DNA of 64,000 nucleotides from Marine group II euryarchaeote REDSEA-S11_B3N4. Its GTDB lineage: Archaea > Thermoplasmatota > Poseidoniia > Poseidoniales > Thalassarchaeaceae. Position 1 is the stretch's first letter; the number at the start of each line of letters is the position of its first letter. The stretch spans positions 4,499 through 68,498 of the forward strand of contig LURR01000004.1 in the NCBI GenBank assembly GCA_001628485.1, written 5' to 3'. Of the stretch, positions 57,090 through 64,000 are shown piece by piece. The notes below the pieces were generated by a model, which did not search any database, was not told where the DNA came from, and saw only the letters and a program-made list of their open reading frames with translations. The position numbers and the translations under genes are program-made.

Positions 57090-58331
57090 TCAACTAGATG
57101 CTCGATGATAAACCTCGAGGAATCTCTCCGCGTTACCATCTAGGGTGAATCTATCCAGAACCCTCTGTCTGCCTTCTGCACCCTTCTGATTTAGGCTCTC
57201 GTTAGATGAAAGCTCAGAGGCGATCGCTTCTGAGAGAGAGTCGACCGAACCAAGCTCGAAGAGTGCGCCTACTGTTTCATCGACCATCTCTGGGAGTGGG
57301 CCATTGTTCACGGTCAAAACTGGGATTCCAGAACTCATCGCTTCCAGAGGAATTAGTCCTTGACCTTCATAGTATGACGGATAAACGCACAACTGGGAAA
57401 ATCGGTACATCTGGGCTATCTTCTCGAAATCCATGCCTGACTCGATCGTCACCCTGTCGCTGATTCCAAGTCTCGCAGACATTCGATTCAGCCTTCCTTT
57501 TAGGGACCCTCTCCCAATGATGACCAAGTGGGAGTTCGTAGACTCGGCAACCTTGGAGAAAGCCCGAAGAAGCAATCCATGCCCCTTGCGTGCTGCCAGT
57601 CTTCCGACTGCTAGCAGCATATTTTCCCCATTACTTATGCCATACCGCTTCCTAGTCTCATTCATACTGTGGATTTCTGATTCGCTATCGGGATGCATGG
57701 GTACGAACAAACTGGTATCTATGCCCCAATGAATGACTTCGCAGTCCCAATCATTAGGGGCTGAGTACCTAGACTCCAAGTCGATTCTAGTTGCTTCGGA
57801 GTTTGGAACTACGACCGAAGATTTTCGGATTGCGGACCTCTCGAAGTTGGAGTACCTGCCAGCCATGAATCGAATTGCGATGTCATTGGGGTTGGACCAA
57901 ACTGCAGGCTCCCCGAATCTGGCTGCGAGTGTGAGTCCGTCCCTCTCGCCAAGCCATGTTCCGTGCATCGAAGATACGACTGGTGCCACTTCACTGGTGC
58001 ACCTGTCGAACTGTGAGTCATTCCAGGATACCATGGGGCAGTGGAGATGGACCACATCGACTGGATGCTCTGAATGGAGGCGGATCAGTGCTTTTAGAGC
58101 GGATCTCCCATAAGACCTTGTGAATTCCAATGGGACCTTCAACCATGGAACCTCGATTATCTCCACGTTGTCTAACTGCGGTGGCTCACCTCTGGACTTC
58201 CTTGTGATTACTGAGATTTTATGGCCCATATCTGCCAATCTTGATGATAGATGGTAAACTGTTGAGCCCATCCCCCCCCATCGAGGAGGATACTCGCCAG
58301 AAATCATCGCGACATGCATGTTGCTCCCCAA
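57090..58331 (-). CDS. glycosyltransferase family 4 (GT-B, retaining)
   Basis: 413 aa. N-terminal MISGEYPPRWGGMGS and C-terminal E-x7-E region (PSYYEGQGLIPLEAMSSGIPV). Confidence 0.85.
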   Translation of the reverse strand: MGSNMHVAMISGEYPPRWGGMGSTVYHLSSRLADMGHKISVITRKSRGEPPQLDNVEIIEVPWLKVPLEFTRSYGRSALKALIRLHSEHPVDVVHLHCPMVSWNDSQFDRCTSEVAPVVSSMHGTWLGERDGLTLAARFGEPAVWSNPNDIAIRFMAGRYSNFERSAIRKSSVVVPNSEATRIDLESRYSAPNDWDCEVIHWGIDTSLFVPMHPDSESEIHSMNETRKRYGISNGENMLLAVGRLAARKGHGLLLRAFSKVAESTNSHLVIIGRGSLKGRLNRMSARLGISDRVTIESGMDFEKIAQMYRFSQLCVYPSYYEGQGLIPLEAMSSGIPVLTVNNGPLPEMVDETVGALFELGSVDSLSEAIASELSSNESLNQKGAEGRQRVLDRFTLDGNAERFLEVYHRASS

Positions 58332-58421
58332 TTAACCGTCCGGGGAGGCATTATTGAAGAGAACGGGGGAAGCAAAATCACTACAATGGTTCAAAAATAG
58401 GTCCATTTTGGGCAAATTCCC

Positions 58422-59156
58422 ATGGAAGCACCATTGCCTGTCCACGTTACGGTTGTAATTCCGACTAGGAACGAAGAGGAGGCCATAGTGGATACCATCC
58501 GATCGGTACCGAACGACGGTTGGTGCCAGAAGTTGGACTTCTTGGTCATTGACGGGAATTCGGAGGATAGGACTAGGGAGCTAGCAGAAGAGGAGGGTGC
58601 CACGGTTTACCTCGAGGGGAGGAAAGGATATGGTAGAGCCTACAGGACAGGTTTCCAGATGGCTCCCGGAGAAGTGATCGTAACTATGGATGCGGATTGC
58701 ACCTATCCGGGGGAGGTGGTGCCGGAGTTGGTTAGCAGGCTTCTCGAGGACGACTTGCAGTTCATCACCTGCGACCGCCTCAGGAAGGCAGAGGATGGTG
58801 CCATGTCTGGCCTGCATGGATTCGGTAATTGGGCGCTTTCATTTACAGCTAGGATGCTTTTCTTCTATGGCATTCACGACTCCCAATCTGGGATGTGGGT
58901 TTTCAGAAAGGAGATTATGGATAATCCGAGGATGCGCCCTACCAACGACGGCATGCCTCTCTCGGAAGAGATGAAGATCAATGCGAGGAGGTGCTTCGGA
59001 CGTTCGAAGGCCATCGAGGTGTCAGTCCCCTACCGTACTAGGGTCGGGCAGGCCGAGATCAACACATGGGGTGACGGTTGGAAGAACTTCAAGTTCCTAT
59101 TTGCCAAGAGACTGGGGATCAACAGGGAGAGGACGTCTTGGGGGCCGGAGAGTTAG
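58422..59156 (+). CDS. glycosyltransferase family 2 (dolichyl-phosphate sugar synthase-like)
   Basis: 244 aa. VVIPTRNEEEAI, DGNSEDRT, VTMDADCTYP (DxD) motifs. Confidence 0.85.
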   Translation: MEAPLPVHVTVVIPTRNEEEAIVDTIRSVPNDGWCQKLDFLVIDGNSEDRTRELAEEEGATVYLEGRKGYGRAYRTGFQMAPGEVIVTMDADCTYPGEVVPELVSRLLEDDLQFITCDRLRKAEDGAMSGLHGFGNWALSFTARMLFFYGIHDSQSGMWVFRKEIMDNPRMRPTNDGMPLSEEMKINARRCFGRSKAIEVSVPYRTRVGQAEINTWGDGWKNFKFLFAKRLGINRERTSWGPES

Positions 59157-62100
59157 TCCTCTGAGTCGAACTCCTCGTCTAATTCCCTGGGATCGAAGGA
59201 TGACCAGGACTCGATTACCTCCATGTCCTTTGCGATTTCCGCCATTCTTGCTCTATTGTAAGCCAAGCCCGCAACGGAGAGTGAAACTATTGCAACTAGC
59301 AAGACTGGGATTCCAAAGGAAGAGATCCATGCATCCAGACCTCCTGTTTCAGACTCCACTATGGGTACGGTGTGAACCTGCGCGGGGCTGACCAATTCGC
59401 CATCGATAGCGAAAACCTCGACCCGCGCCCAATTTCCCCCTGTGACGACCCATGAGAAACGTGAAGTCCAGATGTCGTCTCCTTCTACGGAGTCGCCGTT
59501 CGTACCATCGTCATAGAAGTACATGGCAACAGACTTCCCTCCGGAGATTAACTCTCCTCGAACCGTGTCCGTAGTTCCATCTGCATCCTGGACCCTTACT
59601 GTTGTAGTGACCTCCGTAGGGACTCCGTCCTCCACCCTTAGTACCGATACCATTAGATCGAATACTTCAGGAGAGCTTGAGCCGATGGTGAGATTTACCG
59701 AGTCGACGGAGACCTCCCCTCTGGCATCCTTAACCAAGAGATCTATCCTGACTGGCCCGGGTTGGAACGTCATTTCGAGAGTCGTGCTGTCGCTTACTAG
59801 AGACCCGTCGACTCTCCACTCGTAGAGTACGATGTCGTTGTCGTAATCGAACGATTCTGTTGCGCTAAGAGTCGCTGCTTGTCCTGGAGGAAGATACTGC
59901 CCGTCCGAAACCCCTGCAATTACGGCTATTGGTCCTGTCTCCAGGACAGTGATCTTCTGGTGGTGAGTTCTTTCCTTGCCATTCTCATCGAGAAGCTGGA
60001 AGGTAAGGTTGTGGACTCCCGCTGTAAGGTAGTCACTGTACCAGTATTCCGTGGACTTCGAGTCGAGAATGACGCCCTGAAGGTCTGAAGAGACTGAGAC
60101 CGAGAAATCGTCACCGTCCATGTCAACGGATCTCCTGAAGTCGAACAGAACTGGTGCATTTGACAGGACCTGGATGTCTGGTATCGGAGAGTCGAGAACG
60201 AGCAATGGAGCCGAGTCAGATACGTAAATCTCGATCTGATCGGATACTGGGCCACTCCCATCGTCCAAGGTAAGTGAGATGAGATGTGCTCCTGCTTGTA
60301 ATCTGGTATTTACCTCCCAATCGGTTCCAAGAGGATCATCCAGCTTGTCCGACTCCCAGAGGACTGAGACTAGGTCCCTGCTGGTAGTCGCAGTAGGATT
60401 GCAAAGTAGGCCACTGCCATTGTCGGGTAGTTCAGAGCATGATAGGTCGTAATCTCCGGACCCGATGGAGTCTAGATGTATCAGCTCCGAAGAGTCGGTG
60501 TAAATGCCTGAGATCGGGTTGGAAATCAGTACGTTAGGCAGGGAGTTAGACACTTGGACGACCTCTGAGTAGGCATTCCACTGCCCTATGTGCTCAGCCC
60601 TGGTGTCACTTGCCCTCATGGTGATGGTGTGAGTGCCCTTGCTCAGTGTTCCAGTCCATTCAGGGAGTTCCGGCGAGGATCCCGAGGCAAGTAGCCCGTC
60701 TATGTCGCTGTGAAACTCGAACCTGACTTCGTCCCCCTCCGGGTCAGTGGTATCGAAGCCTGTAAGCGCCACCCAATCTGAAGAGGTCTCCCCCGTTCGA
60801 GAGACTTCCATGACTGGGACAGGGATTTCATTGTACAACTCGACGTTGAATGTCCATGATTCTGCAGGATTAACCCCATCCCATGCATTAACCGAGACGC
60901 TGAAAGAGCCGTCATCGGAATTCGTGAACGACCTGACTATCTGCAATGGGCATTGAGGGTTATCCGGGTCTGGGTCCGGGTCAGACTCGTAAGAGGCTGA
61001 GGCCCAGCACCAAAGCTGATCGGCCTCGGGGTCGAAAGTCCCCGTGAGATCTATCGTGACATTCGCGGTTTCTCCGAGGTATAGGGTCCCCCATGAGGAA
61101 ATTGGGGGCGAGGTTCCGACATTCAGAACCGGAGGCAGGTTGATCAGCTCAATTGTACGAGTCTCATCGACACAGTGCCCTTCTGAGTCGCATACTTCCA
61201 GTGTTATTGACTGGCTCCCATCCGTCAGACAGGGCTCCGTCTGGTTCTGGTTTGCAATGAATAGAGAGGAGTTGCTGGATACGATAGAGCACGAGGCTGA
61301 GAAATCTCCGTCTATACTACTAGCCCAACTGTACGTTAGCTCATCGAAGTCCAGATCCCAACTCTGTCTGGCATCGAAAACTATCTCGCTTCCGCTGGAG
61401 TACTCTGAATCGTCAGATGGAGAATCCCAAAGGATGAACGGAGGCTGGTTGCTAAGTTCGACTCGGCAGAAGACCGTCGAGTCGCCATCCAATTGCGTTG
61501 GTTGCGAGGTATTTTGCACCTCATCATATGTGCAACCGACATATGCCGAGTTAATGGTGGACCAGCCTTGGATGGCAGTCCAGCGTTCACCAATAAACGG
61601 ACCATATGTGAATCTGCCCTCGTATGGCTGAGTCGCATTGACATCGCTCTCGAATTGATCAAAGGAGATGTTTACAGAGGCCATGGGGATATTGAGGAGA
61701 TTCTGATTGATTGTGTGAACATCGAGCATCCACATGATATCCACTATTACATCGTCTTCGGAGCTCTCCGGGGTGAGAATCGGATCTGAAGAAATCCAAC
61801 GGAGATGGGAGCTTGTATTCAGGTAGAATGAGCTTTCAGCGCCAGAGCGAGTTTCTAGCGAGGAGTCTGTGAAGTTGACAGTGCTGATGTCGATCAAGGG
61901 AAGGTTGTCACAAAACATGGAGATGCCTGTCGCTCTCAACTCGGAGTGCGAGTGCAGGTCCAGGCAGTGGGATGGGCTGTCCCAGATGACGCTGTCAGAG
62001 ATGGATGACGGATTGGAGCCTCGAGCCTTCCAGTACATCCCTCCTCCGTCGCCGCTTAGGTCGAGTCCGCTGATCTGGGCATCCACTCCCTCCAGCCGGA

Positions 62101-63781
62101 CGGAGTAGTTGGAGGAGGGGGAGTTGATCGCTATGTCGTCCAGGATCACAATGCCCGGGAACAGGTTTCCAGTGTTGTCGATATCCAAGGATGGTTCCGA
62201 GAGTGCACCCTCGATGGTAGTGGATATCAGCTGTAAATCGATGCTGTCCCTAACCACTATCCCCCGCTGATCCCCGTCTGAAGAGCACGAGTAGCAAGTC
62301 ACATTCTTTCCGCCGCTCATCACATAGTTCGACTCCCGGAAGTAGAGTCCGGCTGATTCTGACGATCCTATTCCGTTCCCAGATGTGTGTACGAAAGACA
62401 ACTCGACGTTGCTTGAATCTGAGACGGACACTCCGCTACCAGCATTTTCCTCGCTGAGCAGATACTCTACACGAGGGTGGAATTCCACGAAAGATACCCC
62501 GTTGGCACCATTTCCACTGATTGTCCAGTTGCTGCCGATGACCCCTCCCTTGGCCATCACGACGCCCGCTCCTGTGGAGTTCTGAACCACCAGATTCGAT
62601 ACCTCTGCCGGACCCTTGCTGGTCCAGCTGGTGCTCCTGAATAGCAATCCTGCTCCCTCGTGAGGCTTGGAAGGGGCTTCTGGGCCGTTGTTTCGTATTG
62701 TCACATTTGACAATGAGGTCGAGGAGTCGGTGGTGTAAGCCCGAACCCCTACAATCGCGTTTTCCTCGATCACTGCATCCTCGATTTTCGCTCCGGACGT
62801 GTTGATGTCGAAGGCAGCGCCGATTCCGAGGCCTGGTGTCTTCGCGTTCGGACCCCCGGTCCCTCTGATCTCCAGACCGGAGAAGATGGCATTTGTCTGT
62901 AGGTTCGAGTAGTTGGTGTGATCGTATCGCTCTACGAGGACGCCCCTGTACTGGGAATCCTCTACTTTAGTATCCAGGAAGGTCGGTCGAGTCGTGGTGT
63001 CGGAGATATGCCTGACAATGATTCCGTTGTCTGATCTGGTGATGTTGGAATCGGTGAAGAGGGGGATTGAGTCCTCAATCCAGATACCGGCTGCTGCAGC
63101 CATTGTAGCCCCGGAGACGTTGTACACAGAGACTCCGCTCCAGAGGCCTCCGGAGTTGAACCAGAGATTGACTCCTCTGGTAACCAGATTCCCGATGCTT
63201 GCTCCCTGAACTATGGGAGCTGAGGATGCTCCGGATGAGATCCCTATCCCGTACCTCCACGTGGTTGAGGCCCCGTGAATATCCTGCCCCCCTCCATCTA
63301 TCACGACGTCCCTGATGGTCGGAGATGCTCCGTCGAAAAGATCGATTGCTACTCTGTCCGCATTGAATACGTGCAGATTGCTGATCAGGGGGTTGCTGCC
63401 GTAGACTGTAATCCCGTACTCTCCTCCTGTGATTGTGAGGTTGTCTATGGTGGAGCCAAGATTGTTCGAGCTTGAGTTGAAAATAACTCCTCTGTGGTCT
63501 CCTGAAATTGACTCAATGGTCACTGGCGAGGATTCTGTGCCCTCGATAGAAATCCTCCCGTCAACACCGAGGCGCTCCCCATCCCCGAGAAGGATTGATG
63601 TCCCGGCCTGGATGACTAGAACCTGGTTGGATTGTACCAGATATCCATCAGGGAGTGATATCGTCCCGCTCCACACGGTCGTAGACCGGCTGAGACCCGC
63701 AGAAGTCCCTAACAAAATTGGTGCGAGCAGAAGCATCAGGACCAGCGAGACTGCCAAGCGCATGGGCAATGCCATTCGCAA
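59153..63781 (-). CDS. giant secreted surface protein with right-handed parallel beta-helix repeats and C-terminal TM anchor
   Basis: 1542 aa. Signal peptide (LVLMLLLAPILLG). Repeated NxxGxxxxG/'ITGG..G' β-helix-like repeats across the N-terminal half, Ig-like/β-sandwich repeats in the C-terminal half, a C-terminal TM (VLLVAIVSLSVAGLAY) and an acidic cytoplasmic tail. Confidence 0.7.
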   Translation of the reverse strand: MRMALPMRLAVSLVLMLLLAPILLGTSAGLSRSTTVWSGTISLPDGYLVQSNQVLVIQAGTSILLGDGERLGVDGRISIEGTESSPVTIESISGDHRGVIFNSSSNNLGSTIDNLTITGGEYGITVYGSNPLISNLHVFNADRVAIDLFDGASPTIRDVVIDGGGQDIHGASTTWRYGIGISSGASSAPIVQGASIGNLVTRGVNLWFNSGGLWSGVSVYNVSGATMAAAAGIWIEDSIPLFTDSNITRSDNGIIVRHISDTTTRPTFLDTKVEDSQYRGVLVERYDHTNYSNLQTNAIFSGLEIRGTGGPNAKTPGLGIGAAFDINTSGAKIEDAVIEENAIVGVRAYTTDSSTSLSNVTIRNNGPEAPSKPHEGAGLLFRSTSWTSKGPAEVSNLVVQNSTGAGVVMAKGGVIGSNWTISGNGANGVSFVEFHPRVEYLLSEENAGSGVSVSDSSNVELSFVHTSGNGIGSSESAGLYFRESNYVMSGGKNVTCYSCSSDGDQRGIVVRDSIDLQLISTTIEGALSEPSLDIDNTGNLFPGIVILDDIAINSPSSNYSVRLEGVDAQISGLDLSGDGGGMYWKARGSNPSSISDSVIWDSPSHCLDLHSHSELRATGISMFCDNLPLIDISTVNFTDSSLETRSGAESSFYLNTSSHLRWISSDPILTPESSEDDVIVDIMWMLDVHTINQNLLNIPMASVNISFDQFESDVNATQPYEGRFTYGPFIGERWTAIQGWSTINSAYVGCTYDEVQNTSQPTQLDGDSTVFCRVELSNQPPFILWDSPSDDSEYSSGSEIVFDARQSWDLDFDELTYSWASSIDGDFSASCSIVSSNSSLFIANQNQTEPCLTDGSQSITLEVCDSEGHCVDETRTIELINLPPVLNVGTSPPISSWGTLYLGETANVTIDLTGTFDPEADQLWCWASASYESDPDPDPDNPQCPLQIVRSFTNSDDGSFSVSVNAWDGVNPAESWTFNVELYNEIPVPVMEVSRTGETSSDWVALTGFDTTDPEGDEVRFEFHSDIDGLLASGSSPELPEWTGTLSKGTHTITMRASDTRAEHIGQWNAYSEVVQVSNSLPNVLISNPISGIYTDSSELIHLDSIGSGDYDLSCSELPDNGSGLLCNPTATTSRDLVSVLWESDKLDDPLGTDWEVNTRLQAGAHLISLTLDDGSGPVSDQIEIYVSDSAPLLVLDSPIPDIQVLSNAPVLFDFRRSVDMDGDDFSVSVSSDLQGVILDSKSTEYWYSDYLTAGVHNLTFQLLDENGKERTHHQKITVLETGPIAVIAGVSDGQYLPPGQAATLSATESFDYDNDIVLYEWRVDGSLVSDSTTLEMTFQPGPVRIDLLVKDARGEVSVDSVNLTIGSSSPEVFDLMVSVLRVEDGVPTEVTTTVRVQDADGTTDTVRGELISGGKSVAMYFYDDGTNGDSVEGDDIWTSRFSWVVTGGNWARVEVFAIDGELVSPAQVHTVPIVESETGGLDAWISSFGIPVLLVAIVSLSVAGLAYNRARMAEIAKDMEVIESWSSFDPRELDEEFDSED

Positions 63782-63866
63782 TCAGGGTTAATGACTTGCG
63801 TCATTTGACCCATACTTAGTATGCCACAGTAGGAGTCATAAGCGTCCAGATGGGCGGAACGTCCGA

Positions 63867-64000
63867 ATGGCACTGGCCTGGATATTGATATCCTGCTCTC
63901 CCGGACGCGAGAGGGACGTTTATCTTCAGCTTCTGGAAATGGATGCCGTGTCGGAGGTTTCTGTGGTTTATGGCGAGCTGGACCTGGTTGCGAGGATAGA
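63867..64000 (+). CDS. partial: stand-alone RAM-domain (Lrp/AsnC C-terminal domain-like) protein, 5' fragment
   Basis: ORF from ATG 63867 running off the window. MALAWILISCSPGRERDVYLQLLEMDAVSEVSVVYGELDLVARI resembles the Lrp/AsnC ligand-binding (RAM) domain. Confidence 0.35.
   Translation, partial: MALAWILISCSPGRERDVYLQLLEMDAVSEVSVVYGELDLVARI

Noticed and set aside
1-64000. Possibility that the window is bacterial, or carries a prophage, CRISPR-Cas or another defence island
   Set aside because: Thermosome, ABCE1, Bud32, archaeal-type TIM and tRNA features point to an archaeon. I saw no integrase, transposase, capsid or terminase-like, Cas-like, or restriction-modification-like proteins, and no regularly spaced direct repeats.

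Overview
The window looks like a densely packed archaeal chromosomal segment, about 93% coding. The assignment rests on a group II chaperonin (thermosome), ABCE1, the KEOPS kinase Bud32, a 220-aa archaeal-type triose-phosphate isomerase, and a tRNA-Gly with discriminator A and encoded CCA. My guess is a marine planktonic Thermoplasmatota (MGII/Poseidoniales-like) heterotroph, based on the many large secreted proteins with C-terminal TM anchors, the secreted peptidases and hydrolases, the acyl-CoA (β-oxidation-type) genes and about 50% GC. That placement is inference only. I can support about 56 CDS and one tRNA-Gly(GCC). I found no rRNA, no CRISPR array, and no transposase or integrase.

The recognisable content groups as follows:
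- Gluconeogenesis: a eukaryote-type class I fructose-bisphosphate aldolase, a GlpX-type FBPase and TIM.
- TCA cycle: sucCD.
- Acyl-CoA metabolism: three crotonase paralogs, a 3-hydroxyacyl-CoA dehydrogenase and an ALDH.
- Proteostasis and translation: DnaK, GrpE, an Hsp20-like protein, thermosome, ABCE1, ThrRS and CTP synthase.
- Cofactor and nucleotide metabolism: MoaC/MoaE, NadA, carbamate kinase, PPK2, a polyP/ATP-NAD-kinase-like protein, thiamine pyrophosphokinase and Ham1.
- Secreted and surface proteins: an M14 carboxypeptidase, a PI-PLC-like lipoprotein, a GxSxG hydrolase lipoprotein, a 1041-aa surface protein, and a 1542-aa β-helix surface protein flanked by two glycosyltransferases.

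The most unusual candidates, all hypotheses from reading the sequence:
- A cluster at 6.1-9.7 kb encoding a crotonase, a ferritin-like di-iron oxygenase of the PaaA/BoxB (acyl/aroyl-CoA epoxidase) type, a His-rich hypothetical protein and a 3-hydroxyacyl-CoA dehydrogenase, with a Rieske oxygenase nearby.
- A tandem pair of squalene/phytoene-synthase paralogs that resembles HpnC/HpnD.
- An Hsp20-like gene sitting where grpE would be upstream of dnaK, while the real grpE overlaps ABCE1 elsewhere.
- A PAP2 phosphatase fused to a large extracytoplasmic domain.
- A stretch of about 1.3 kb at the left edge with essentially no convincing coding potential.
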